Shown: positions 17,173 to 25,324 of the stretch, piece after piece
Numbering within the stretch: the stretch's first letter is position 1
Layout: every line of letters begins with the position of its first letter
Assembly (NCBI GenBank): GCA_035527755.1
Contig: DATKZX010000004.1
Location: 21,014-85,013, forward strand
Length of the DNA: 64,000 nt
Source: Methanomassiliicoccales archaeon
GTDB lineage: Archaea; Thermoplasmatota; Thermoplasmata; Methanomassiliicoccales; UBA472
Direction of reading: 5' to 3'
Position numbers and translations under genes: made by a program
The notes under the pieces: model-generated
The model's input: the letters and a program-made list of their open reading frames with translations, nothing else
Database searches by the model: none
Told to the model about the DNA's origin: nothing

Positions 17173-18092
17173 TTCCAGTGGAAACGGATATAATTCACGA
17201 GCATGGCGAACAGAAGAACTGGAACGAAAGTTTCTATTTCAGCTTCTATGACCGCGGAAACGACATTTGCGGCTTCATGCGCCTGGGCTTAATGCCCAAC
17301 AAGAACGAGAAGATGCTGTTCTGCTTCTTCATGATGCCCGACGGCTCCATAGTGGGGACCAAGGACAACGTGGAGTTCGATGGCAGCGAACTGAACGCCA
17401 AAGGCCTGACCTTTACCAAGGTGGAGGATGAAAAGGTCTGGAACTTAAAATTCGAAGGTGAACTGCCCACGCATATGAAGGGCGAGGAAACCGTCTCGAA
17501 GGTCGTGTTCGATCTGAGGTTCGAAGGTGTAAATCCTATGTTCAACTATCGCGAGTGCGTCACCGGCGACAAGGAAGCCATGGCGGCGTCGGTAGCCTCT
17601 GAGCATCTGGAGCAGATGGGCAAGGTCCTAGGACAATTGACCATCGACGACAAGGATTATTACATCAAGGGACTGGGCGAAAGGGACCACTCCTGGGGCG
17701 AGCGCGATTGGACCGCTCCCAGGGCATGGGTATGGCTGACCTGTCAGTTCAACGATGGCTATGGCTTCAACGTGACCAAGATGTACATGGACAAGGGCGA
17801 CATCGACGCCGGCTTCATCTATGTGGACGGAGAGACCCTGCCCATCGTCAAGGTGGACATGGTGACCGAATATGACGCTGACGGAAGCCCCAACACGCTG
17901 TACATGGCCATGTACGACAAAGATGGCGTTGTTTACGGTGTAAAAGGCGAGGTCAAGAGGAAGGTCGTCATGGAGTTCAAGGGCGAAGACAACCGCGGCT
18001 CCATAATGTTCGAGAATCTGGCCCGCTATCGCATCGACGACGGCAGCGACGAGGTCGGTTTCGGCATAGCCGAGTATCTGTTCAGAAAGTGA
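17169..18092 (+). CDS. Conserved hypothetical, predominantly beta protein, coupled to the phosphotransferase
   Basis: The start forms an ATGA overlap with the upstream stop and has AGGGAAGG upstream. Motifs are NWNESFYFSFYD and GERDHSWGERDW. I cannot place the family with confidence. Confidence 0.5.
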   Translation: MIPVETDIIHEHGEQKNWNESFYFSFYDRGNDICGFMRLGLMPNKNEKMLFCFFMMPDGSIVGTKDNVEFDGSELNAKGLTFTKVEDEKVWNLKFEGELPTHMKGEETVSKVVFDLRFEGVNPMFNYRECVTGDKEAMAASVASEHLEQMGKVLGQLTIDDKDYYIKGLGERDHSWGERDWTAPRAWVWLTCQFNDGYGFNVTKMYMDKGDIDAGFIYVDGETLPIVKVDMVTEYDADGSPNTLYMAMYDKDGVVYGVKGEVKRKVVMEFKGEDNRGSIMFENLARYRIDDGSDEVGFGIAEYLFRK

Positions 18093-18345
18093 ACCGGCCC
18101 ATCCCCTCCCTGATCAGCCTGACCAGGGAGAGGTTGGAGGAGTATTCGTCGGCTAGCTCCCTAGCATGGTCCTTGGGAATACCGTCCCGGACCAGTGCCA
18201 GGTAGAATTGTCGACCCTCCTTGTTGGCCCGTCGCCTCATGCGCAGGTACGCTATCGTCAAATGCCACATCAATACTGGTATCGCCGCGGCCGCGACTAT
18301 CACGGCCTGGCGGTCGCCAGTTTTTTTATTTTTTTTCGATGACAT
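18082..18345 (-). CDS. Small single-pass membrane protein, paralogous C-terminus to the upstream gene
   Basis: It has a basic N-terminus, one hydrophobic helix (AVIVAAAAIPVLMWHLTIAYL) and the C-terminal motif FYLALVRDGIPKDHARELADEYSSNLSL, which is shared with the ORF at 18358-18648. Confidence 0.45.
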   Translation of the reverse strand: MSSKKNKKTGDRQAVIVAAAAIPVLMWHLTIAYLRMRRRANKEGRQFYLALVRDGIPKDHARELADEYSSNLSLVRLIREGMGRFTF

Positions 18346-18357
18346 CGGCTTGGCGCC

Positions 18358-18648
18358 TCATTCATCTTTTTTGCTCGCCCCGCCCACTATGTTCTTGAGC
18401 ATTCCACCCAGGCTCAGATTGGACATGTACTCCTTGGTCAGTTCGAACGCTTGATCCTTGCTCATTCCCGCATCGTTTAAGGCCTTGTAGAAGGCTGCCA
18501 CAGACTCTCCGAACTTGGTACCTTCCTGAGCTCCGTAAAGGACCTTGGTCACACTGTCGAGCAGCTTCGGCACATGCTCCGACAGCACAGCGAATATCTG
18601 CCCTAACTGTTCCGCATCTGGCATTTCTTTGTCCGTCATCTTTCTCAC
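18358..18648 (-). CDS. Small soluble helical protein, paralog of the downstream gene
   Basis: The C-terminal FYKALNDAGMSKDQAFELTKEYMSNLSL aligns with 14 identities over 28 residues to the neighbouring 87-aa protein. Confidence 0.45.
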   Translation of the reverse strand: MRKMTDKEMPDAEQLGQIFAVLSEHVPKLLDSVTKVLYGAQEGTKFGESVAAFYKALNDAGMSKDQAFELTKEYMSNLSLGGMLKNIVGGASKKDE

Positions 18649-18745
18649 CTCATCGATATCGTGATCTGCACTTGTTTCTGTATCTCGGCCCTATCTTGTT
18701 CTCGCTTGTGCCATGTTTTCATACATCTTCGTATGAGTGGTCACT

Positions 18746-19201
18746 TTACTTGGAGAGACCGAGCACCTGTGACCACTTCCTGACCACCTCTTCCGATAGC
18801 CGATAGGTCTTTTCCTGCCTACCAGCTTCCTCGATCACCAGCTTCTGCCTCACCAGATCGCTAAGTTTTCCTCTGACGATCCGCCTTGAGGAGCTTCCGC
18901 GCCGCGCCTTGAGCTCTTCTGTCAGCTGAGATATGTTCAGACCCGGGTGGTCCAGCAGTAAACGAAGAAGGTCCTTGGATATGGGGTCCTTGACCTCTGG
19001 AACGATCGTTTCGACCGAGACCACTCCGAATTTCTGGTACAGGTCCATGAGACGGAAGTACTTTCCAACCGTTTCCTGGAAATTTGCAAGCTGAGACACC
19101 AGCTCGCTGTAGGGCACGGAAACCTGACGGACGGCGTCCTCCAGATGAGCGATACGCTCGGTCAGCTCCTCGATCCGCTTGGATTCGTCCGTTCCCGCCA
19201 C
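18746..19201 (-). CDS. Coiled-coil plus winged-helix (wHTH) putative transcription regulator
   Basis: The N-terminal segment is heptad-like (RIEELTERIAHLEDAVRQV). The C-terminal segment LLRLLLDHPGLNISQLTEELK....IVRGKLSDLVRQKLV..E....KTYRL looks like an ArsR/MarR-type wHTH. It has a GTG start. Confidence 0.55.
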   Translation of the reverse strand: MAGTDESKRIEELTERIAHLEDAVRQVSVPYSELVSQLANFQETVGKYFRLMDLYQKFGVVSVETIVPEVKDPISKDLLRLLLDHPGLNISQLTEELKARRGSSSRRIVRGKLSDLVRQKLVIEEAGRQEKTYRLSEEVVRKWSQVLGLSK

Positions 19202-19252
19202 GGTGCATCATGCCACTGAAACGCTTAATAATTTGTCAGTTATGGCGAGAAC

Positions 19253-19927
19253 ATGAGCGAGGCTAAACTGCCCATCGAGACCACCGCGTTCCCTGGAGTG
19301 TTCCGTTCCGGCGAGATGCTGTTGACCCGGAACCTGACCCCTGGACGGAGGGTTTACGGGGAGAGGCTCTTCTCTCAGGATGACCTTGAATATAGGGAAT
19401 GGGTGCCGGACCGAAGCAAACTGTCCGCCTATCTTAGGAAGGGGGGTAAGTGCTTTCCTTTCTTGCATGATTCCCACGTCCTTTACCTGGGGGCTGCTAG
19501 CGGCACCACCTCCAGCCATGTCTCCGATCTAGTGCCTGAAGGACGGGTCTATTGCGTGGAGATATCCCCCAGGTCCTTCCGAGACCTGGTCGGGGTCTGC
19601 GAAGGACGACCTAACATGATGCCCATACTTGGGGACGCCACCAAACCGGACGATCTGGCATTCCTGGTGGAAAGGGCGGACGTGGTCTACCAGGACGTAG
19701 CCCAGAAGAACCAAGCCGGCATCTTCGCCAAGGCCATGAAGCGGTTCCCAGCGAAATGGGGCATGTTGGCAGTGAAGTCTCGTTCGGAGGACATGAGACG
19801 GGAACCGCGCGAGATCTTTCAAGAGAGCGCCGAACTGCTCATACGAGAAGGTCTGAAAGTCAGGGAAATGGTGGAGCTAGCTCCTTTCGAAAAGGACCAT
19901 GCCATGATCGTTGTGGAAAGACCGTGA
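19253..19927 (+). CDS. flpA: Fibrillarin, C/D-box sRNP 2'-O-methyltransferase
   Basis: It has the SAM-binding motif VLYLGAASGTTSSHVSDL. RVYGE, WVPDRSKLSA and DVVYQDVAQ follow archaeal fibrillarin. Confidence 0.9.
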   Translation: MSEAKLPIETTAFPGVFRSGEMLLTRNLTPGRRVYGERLFSQDDLEYREWVPDRSKLSAYLRKGGKCFPFLHDSHVLYLGAASGTTSSHVSDLVPEGRVYCVEISPRSFRDLVGVCEGRPNMMPILGDATKPDDLAFLVERADVVYQDVAQKNQAGIFAKAMKRFPAKWGMLAVKSRSEDMRREPREIFQESAELLIREGLKVREMVELAPFEKDHAMIVVERP

Positions 19928-19934
19928 TCCCGGT

Positions 19935-20291
19935 TCACAGCCATTTCTCGAAACATATGCTCCATGGTGACCATTTCTTTCGTTCTTCGCAAGGAAAGCG
20001 CCGATAACCGAGCGATGAGTACAGTTCGATGGCTTTCCTCTCCAACCCGTTCATGATGAGACGCGCTATCCCCTTGCGCCCCATCCTCGGGGTCACGAAC
20101 AAACGCTTGAACTCGGCGGTGGTCTCATCCCAAGGTTTTATCGCTCCGCACCCCACCGCCTTACCGTTCAACGATACCAATAGGAATCCCGCCAAGGGCG
20201 AACGGAATTGATCCGAAGGGGGAGGGTCGATGGTCGTCTCTCCATAGAGCCAGTCGAGATCTCTTCGCATCTCCCACATCAGATCGATCAT
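19935..20291 (-). CDS. GNAT-family N-acetyltransferase, short and possibly degraded
   Basis: It has the acetyl-CoA motif FVTPRMGRKGIARLIM. It appears to lack about 20 residues between LERKA and IELYSSLGY. The in-frame upstream sequence looks protein-like but has no ATG, GTG or TTG. Confidence 0.5.
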   Translation of the reverse strand: MIDLMWEMRRDLDWLYGETTIDPPPSDQFRSPLAGFLLVSLNGKAVGCGAIKPWDETTAEFKRLFVTPRMGRKGIARLIMNGLERKAIELYSSLGYRRFPCEERKKWSPWSICFEKWL

Positions 20292-20441
20292 CTCTGATAG
20301 TCCTGGATTCCCTATACTTATCTTTACGACCCCTCCCCCGAAAATGCTTCCGAAGGGCCGACCATTTCGTCCATCTGATCGATGAATCAGGATTCAGATA
20401 AATATCGATAACCCCTCCCGGCTATCATACATGATGCAACG

Positions 20442-20819
20442 GTGATGAAACTGCCCAATGTCTACGGTATCGGTTTCAAGGGCGACCTCTTCCTGATGGT
20501 CTACAATCCCAAGAGGGTAGGGTGGGAAATGCCAGGAGGAAAATTGGAAGATATGGAGACCCCGTTGGAGGGGGTGCGGAGGGAGTTCCTCGAGGAATGC
20601 GGATTTGACTTTCAGGTCCTGGACTGCCGACCCATGGGACCGGTGGTGGTCTTCGCTGGTCTGTTGGGAGAGCATAGAGGGGACAGTGAAATGGGCTGGG
20701 AGCTGATGGACGAGCTGCCAGACAATCTGGCTTTCCCGGAATGCGAATATCGGGAGCAGATTGCTTGGGCCAGGAAGGCGGTGTTTTCCAAGCTGGGCAT
20801 GAGTCGAACTCTTAAATAG
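20442..20819 (+). CDS. NUDIX hydrolase
   Basis: The Nudix box is GGKLEDMETPLEGVRREFLEECGF (GGx5Ex7REUxEExGU). Confidence 0.75.
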   Translation: MMKLPNVYGIGFKGDLFLMVYNPKRVGWEMPGGKLEDMETPLEGVRREFLEECGFDFQVLDCRPMGPVVVFAGLLGEHRGDSEMGWELMDELPDNLAFPECEYREQIAWARKAVFSKLGMSRTLK

Positions 20820-20897
20820 TATGAGTGAAATAGACGGTCACTTCGCCGCCACCAACGAAGTTAAATCATTTAGATAACAAAATAGGATGATGTTCAC

Positions 20898-21356
20898 ATG
20901 GCAAGAATGCACGCCAGGAGAAGGGGCTCTTCCCGTTCCCGAAGACCTTTGATCACGGAGAACCCAGAATGGGTACCTCTGTCCAAGGACGAGGTAATGG
21001 AGATGGTGGTCAAACTAGGAAAGGAAGGTATGACCAGTTCCAAGATCGGATTGGTATTGAGGGACCAGCACGCTGTGCCCAGCGTCAAGCTGTCTACCGA
21101 CAAGTCGGTGATGGAGATCCTCCACGAGAACGACCTGTCCCCGAAGCTTCCCGAGGACCTTATGGCTCTGATGAGAAAGGCCATAAATCTGAACATTCAC
21201 GTTCAGAACGGCAACCGCGGTGACATCGCAAACCGCCGGGGCCTGCAGCTGGTGGAGTCCAAGATCAGAAGGCTTGTGAAGTACTACAAGCGCTTGGACA
21301 TCCTGCCCAAGGATTGGAACTACTCCTTGAAGAAAGCTGAGCTGCTCATCGAGTGA
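20898..21356 (+). CDS. rps15: 30S ribosomal protein S15 (uS15, S13e type)
   Basis: It has the N-terminus MARMHARRRGSSRSRRP and the C-terminal helical S15 domain (RGLQLVESKIRRLVKYYKR). Confidence 0.9.
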   Translation: MARMHARRRGSSRSRRPLITENPEWVPLSKDEVMEMVVKLGKEGMTSSKIGLVLRDQHAVPSVKLSTDKSVMEILHENDLSPKLPEDLMALMRKAINLNIHVQNGNRGDIANRRGLQLVESKIRRLVKYYKRLDILPKDWNYSLKKAELLIE

Positions 21357-21363
21357 GTGGGAC

Positions 21364-22725
21364 ATGGACGGCTCCGTCCAATTGCCCGAAAACCTCTTAA
21401 CCCGCTTTTCCAACGCGGCCAATGCAGTGCGTAAGTGCACCGAGGCCCGCGTATTTTCTCATAACGACGCCGATGGCATTGGTGCCGCTAGCGTGCTCAC
21501 GTCCATGCTCGCACGTTCGGGCAAGGGATGTCAGACCTCCATGCTCAAAGGGTTTGATTTTAAGACGATCGAGGAGGGGGTAGTGTCCGGGGTCGACCTG
21601 CTGATCGTGGCCGATATGGGCTCCGGCAACTTGAGCCAGCTGGAATCACTAGGTTTACAGACGATCGTACTGGATCACCACCGGCAAGAGAGGGACTCCG
21701 ACAAGTTGCATCACCTGAACCCTTCGGTGTTCAAGGTGGATGGAGCCCGGTACGCCTGCGCCAGCACCCTTTCCATGCTTTTGGCGGTGACGGTAGATGA
21801 AATGAACTGGGACTTGCTGCCATTGGCCTTCACGGGCATGGTGGGGGACCGACAGCACCAACAGGGATTGAGCGGGGTCAACGCCCACCTCTATGCAGGA
21901 GGTAGCGCAAAAGGACTGGTGCAGGAAAAGAAGGGTTCCCTATTGCTTCCCGGTCCGGTGGGTGAAAGCCTAGCGCGCTCCACACATCCTTTCATCAGAG
22001 GGGTCAGTGGAGATCCCCAAGGGGTCGCACAGCTGCTGAATGAGGCAGGACTGCACGGTGAGACGACCTGGGATGCTTTGGACGAGGGGGGACGACGCAA
22101 ACTGTCATCGCTGGTGTCACTCAAACTCCTGGAACAGGGAGGAACCCTAGGAGGTCTGGAGGATACCTTAGCCCCGGACTACTTCTTTCCCAATGACAAC
22201 TCCCGGGCCGGCCATATGACCAGATTGGTCAACGCCTGCGGGCGGGTGGGTGAGACCGCCCTTGGACTGGCCGTCCTGTTGGGCGAGGAAGAGGCCCAGG
22301 ATAAAGCTGGGTCCTTGGCCCACGATTACGACGAGATGCTGCTGTCCTCGGTCAAGAGGACGGTGGAGAGGGGTTTGTCCAAGGAAACCGCCATCCAATA
22401 CTTCGAATCACCGCATAAGGAGGTCTCCAGCGAACTGTGCGGCATTATCATGCAGTGGGTAGGGGACCAGGATAAGGCCACCATATGCCTGACCAGAATA
22501 GACAATGAGTTCAAGGTCTCGTCGAGGGGGACCAGGAAGTTGGTGGACAAGGACGGTCTGGACCTTTCGGTCGCTATGCGGGACGCGGCGGCGACGGTCG
22601 GAGGGGTCGGTGGCGGACATAATATCGCCAGTGGGGCCACGTTCCCCTTGGGGAAGGAGATCGATTTCATTCAGGCCTTGGATGATATCGTCTCAAAACA
22701 GATGGGGCGGACTACCGCCAAGTGA
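21364..22725 (+). CDS. DHH/DHHA1 phosphoesterase, archaeal RecJ/Cdc45-like
   Basis: The DHH motifs are intact: SHNDADGIGAA, IVADMGSG, VLDHH and GMVGDR. The DHHA1 motif is GGGHNIASGA. It lies immediately downstream of rps15. Confidence 0.75.
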   Translation: MDGSVQLPENLLTRFSNAANAVRKCTEARVFSHNDADGIGAASVLTSMLARSGKGCQTSMLKGFDFKTIEEGVVSGVDLLIVADMGSGNLSQLESLGLQTIVLDHHRQERDSDKLHHLNPSVFKVDGARYACASTLSMLLAVTVDEMNWDLLPLAFTGMVGDRQHQQGLSGVNAHLYAGGSAKGLVQEKKGSLLLPGPVGESLARSTHPFIRGVSGDPQGVAQLLNEAGLHGETTWDALDEGGRRKLSSLVSLKLLEQGGTLGGLEDTLAPDYFFPNDNSRAGHMTRLVNACGRVGETALGLAVLLGEEEAQDKAGSLAHDYDEMLLSSVKRTVERGLSKETAIQYFESPHKEVSSELCGIIMQWVGDQDKATICLTRIDNEFKVSSRGTRKLVDKDGLDLSVAMRDAAATVGGVGGGHNIASGATFPLGKEIDFIQALDDIVSKQMGRTTAK

Positions 22726-23692
22726 CATTGACCTGATCGGTACGGAATCGTTGGTCAACCACGGTCGACTCCAATGAATGCCTTATGCCAGATCGATGCA
22801 TCATTATTCCGGTCCAAGCGATCATAGCCCCATTGTCCATGCACAAGGTGCGGTCGGGAACGTACATACGGGCTCCACGAGCCTCGGCCATTTCCTGGAC
22901 CATTTTCTGCAGGCGCTTGTTCTGCACCACGCCTCCGCCCAGCAGGACCTCATCCTTCTCGATGTGGGCCATAGCGCGTTCCGTCACCTCGGTGAGCATG
23001 GCGAAGCAGGTCTCTTGCACGCTGTAGCAGACATCCTCCACACGCTCACCACGGTTACGATGAGCGACCGCCGCCGTTAAAATGCCGGAAAATGCCATGT
23101 CCATACCCTTTACTGAATAGGGCAGGTCCAGCAACTTGCTCCCTTGAGCAGCGGCCTTTTCGATCTTTGGACCGGCGTAGTAGCCCAGACCGATCTCGCG
23201 ACCGAGTTTGTCCAGCATATTTCCGATGCCGATGTCCAACGTCTCTCCGAATATGCGGTAACGGCCGTTGGCGAAAGCGATCACCTGAGTGTTGCCACCG
23301 GAGGCGTACAACAGAACCGGGTCCTGGGCCAGCGTCTTTATTCTTCCGATCTCCAGGTGTGAGATGCAGTGGTTGACGCCCATTATCGGGACACCTAGAC
23401 TTAGAGAGAGGGCCCTGGCACCCGTTGCCACGGTACGTAGACAGGGACCGAGCCCCGGACCTTTGGAGAAACATACCAGGTCGATGTCCTTGAAGGACAA
23501 TCCAGAACGTTCGATTGCCAGGTGGACAAGGGGCACTAAACGTTCGGCATGATGGTTGGCCGCTTCCCGGGGATGAATACCGCCCTCGACCGGACGATAC
23601 ATCTCCATCTCGTTCGCCAGCACATTTCCGTTCTGGTCCACGATACCCACCCCCACTGTGTGGGCGGTGCCCTCTATCCCCAGGCAGTACAT
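22712..23692 (-). CDS. kae1: tRNA N6-adenosine threonylcarbamoyltransferase Kae1 (not fused to Bud32)
   Basis: It has MYCLGIEGTAHTVGVGIV, GIHPREAANHH, MGVNHCISHLE and LLYASGGNTQ. Its 3' end overlaps the convergent RecJ-like gene by 14 nt. Confidence 0.9.
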   Translation of the reverse strand: MYCLGIEGTAHTVGVGIVDQNGNVLANEMEMYRPVEGGIHPREAANHHAERLVPLVHLAIERSGLSFKDIDLVCFSKGPGLGPCLRTVATGARALSLSLGVPIMGVNHCISHLEIGRIKTLAQDPVLLYASGGNTQVIAFANGRYRIFGETLDIGIGNMLDKLGREIGLGYYAGPKIEKAAAQGSKLLDLPYSVKGMDMAFSGILTAAVAHRNRGERVEDVCYSVQETCFAMLTEVTERAMAHIEKDEVLLGGGVVQNKRLQKMVQEMAEARGARMYVPDRTLCMDNGAMIAWTGIMMHRSGIRHSLESTVVDQRFRTDQVNVTWR

Positions 23693-23699
23693 CTTCTTC

Positions 23700-23939
23700 T
23701 TACTGGCCCTCGGCCAGTCCCTTAAGTTTGTTCAGGATTATGATGGCCCCCTCGAACACCTCATCGTCCACCACTAGTATGGGAAGGTTGCGATCGAGCA
23801 GTTCGTAATAGGCGGCCTCGGCCAATCCTTCGGCCTCCGAGGTATTCACTATACGCATATCTAGACCATCTGGCAATCGAGCCTTGATGTAATCACATTT
23901 CTGGCAGTCGGGCTTAGTGAAAAGAATGATCTCCGTCAT
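23700..23939 (-). CDS. Glutaredoxin/NrdH-like small thioredoxin-fold protein
   Basis: The start was set at ATG 23939 (MTEIILFTKPDCQKCDYIK). The CxxC lies at the end of beta1. The protein is 79 aa. Confidence 0.6.
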   Translation of the reverse strand: MTEIILFTKPDCQKCDYIKARLPDGLDMRIVNTSEAEGLAEAAYYELLDRNLPILVVDDEVFEGAIIILNKLKGLAEGQ

Positions 23940-24029
23940 TTCGCTCAGAGCATGCAAGAAACTGCTACTAATAAAATTTGCTCGGACCAACCATTGTTCC
24001 AGTCCGATTATTTTATAGGCTGTACTACG

Positions 24030-24045
24030 AAAGGCATATACATTA
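24030..24045 (+). promoter_or_regulatory. Putative BRE/TATA element of the tRNA-Val gene
   Basis: AAAGGCATATACATTA is centred about 30 nt upstream of the tRNA 5' end, which is the expected distance for an archaeal TATA box. Confidence 0.3.
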
Positions 24046-24069
24046 GAACATCTTACGGCAAAATCCTAA

Positions 24070-24168
24070 GGGCTCATGGTCTAGCGGTTATGACGTCTCC
24101 CTGACATCCCTTCCCCGGAAGGGTCAGAGCGGAGGAGGTCTCCGGTTCAAATCCGGATGGGCCCACCA
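24070..24168 (+). tRNA. tRNA-Val (anticodon GAC) with a 23-nt intron after position 37 and an encoded CCA
   Basis: I folded it by hand. The acceptor stem is GGGCTCA/TGGGCCC. The D arm is GTCT-AGCGGTTA-TGAC. The anticodon stem is TCTCC/GGAGG with loop CTGACA|intron|C. The T arm is TCCGG-TTCAAAT-CCGGA, and the discriminator is A. The intron (24107-24129) holds the hairpin CCCTTCC-CC-GGAAGGG, and its 3' part GTCAG pairs with the anticodon-loop CTGAC, giving bulge-helix-bulge geometry. The mature length is 76 nt. Confidence 0.85.
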
Positions 24169-24259
24169 TCTTCTTCTCCTTTGATGAATTACGGCCATTT
24201 TCAATATTATTTCAATGTATTATTATTGAATATAAAATAATACTAATGATGGGGTAATA

Positions 24260-24499
24260 TTGATCAGATGTCTCTATGTTGATGACGAACTTAGGTTGTT
24301 GGAGATCACTAAGGAATTCCTTGAATTGAAGAACGATATCAGTATCACAATTCATGATTCTCCGATCCATGTGAATAAGACATTAAATGAGATGGAGTGC
24401 AACATTATTATCTCAGATTATCAGATGCCTGAGATGAATGGGATAGAGTTCTATAAAGCGATCAGAGCGACGGTTCGATCACGTACTTGCACATGTTGA
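24260..24499 (+). pseudogene. Truncated CheY-like receiver (REC) domain fragment in an AT-rich patch
   Basis: The translation has the acidic pair (YVDDE) and the phospho-acceptor context (IIISDYQMPEMNGIEF). It stops after about 70 homologous residues, before the conserved Thr/Ser and Lys. Its tail runs into the 3' end of the convergent regulator gene. The region is much more AT-rich than its flanks. Confidence 0.5.
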
Positions 24500-25220
24500 A
24501 ACCAACACCGAAGGTGTCCTTCTCAACCACCCTGAGGGGCATGTTCAGCCTCTCTTCGAAGATGGCCTCAAGCATACCCTCGTTCAACAGACACAGCGTT
24601 CTGCCCACGTCCGGTGCCTTGGAACAATCGTACTCATCCCTGATGATCAGAGTAACTGGGTGTAGGGAGAACACGACCAACTCGCCAAGCTCGTGAGCTA
24701 AATAAAAGTCCTTGATCTCGTGTATGAGCCCCTCGACATCGGTGGCCTTCATACGCGTTGATATCTCAGCCCCCATCTGCCGTCCGATGTCCTTTAAGAT
24801 AGGGTCCATGTTGAACCCGATGGCCTCCATCCCTATGACGATGGACCGTATGGTGCCCTTGAGGAATGTGCTGGGTGTACCGATGGATCGGCCTATGGTG
24901 TTGGACACCGCCTTCTTGAGCTCCTCCCTGGGGACCACCGAACTGCCCACGGGGCGGGAGATGACATAGAATATCTTGCGGCGGTTGTCGTTGGGATCGT
25001 CCCGATATCCGATCAACCCTTCCTTGACCATCTTATCCAGGTGGACGGAAAGAGTGCTTTGGGCCTTACTAGTAAGAACTGCGATCTCGCTCAAGCTCAG
25101 GTCCCTTCGTTGCAGTTCGCTCAATATCTTCTGCCGGACCGGGTTTGATATCTGCCGGAGACCGGTGGTTGTAGAATAAACGTCAAAATCGGAGGACCTG
25201 CTGGGCAAAATAATCGTCAA
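24462..25220 (-). CDS. ArsR-type wHTH regulator with a C-terminal V4R-like ligand-binding domain
   Basis: The N-terminus is ISNPVRQKILSELQRRDLSLSEIAVLTSKAQSTLSVHLDKMVKEGLI. The C-terminal 150 aa resemble V4R/hydrocarbon-binding domains (tentative). It has a TTG start. Confidence 0.6.
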   Translation of the reverse strand: MTIILPSRSSDFDVYSTTTGLRQISNPVRQKILSELQRRDLSLSEIAVLTSKAQSTLSVHLDKMVKEGLIGYRDDPNDNRRKIFYVISRPVGSSVVPREELKKAVSNTIGRSIGTPSTFLKGTIRSIVIGMEAIGFNMDPILKDIGRQMGAEISTRMKATDVEGLIHEIKDFYLAHELGELVVFSLHPVTLIIRDEYDCSKAPDVGRTLCLLNEGMLEAIFEERLNMPLRVVEKDTFGVGFNMCKYVIEPSL

Positions 25221-25324
25221 GGTACAGATTAATGGTTTCTGTAAATAAACCTATCGTAATGATACGAAACATCGCCTTCCACATAACTTAATTAGATTGG
25301 CGGTCCTCCAGTTGATTAGAGAAA

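Noticed and set aside
24194-24205. The 12-mer GCCATTTTCAAT is shared between the tRNA-flanking AT-rich patch (24194-24205) and the region after the hypothetical gene (59071-59082). I considered it as possible att sites or a repeat family.
   Set aside because: In a 64-kb window, on the order of a hundred chance 12-mer coincidences are expected. The match does not extend further. The second copy is simply the loop side of a terminator hairpin.
24470-24490. The weak resemblance of GACGGTTCGATCACG to the tRNA T-arm (CCGGTTCAAATCCGG) might be a duplicated attachment site bounding the AT-rich fragment.
   Set aside because: Only about 9 scattered matches exist. The segment lies inside the coding 3' end of the ArsR/V4R gene. 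No integrase is present.
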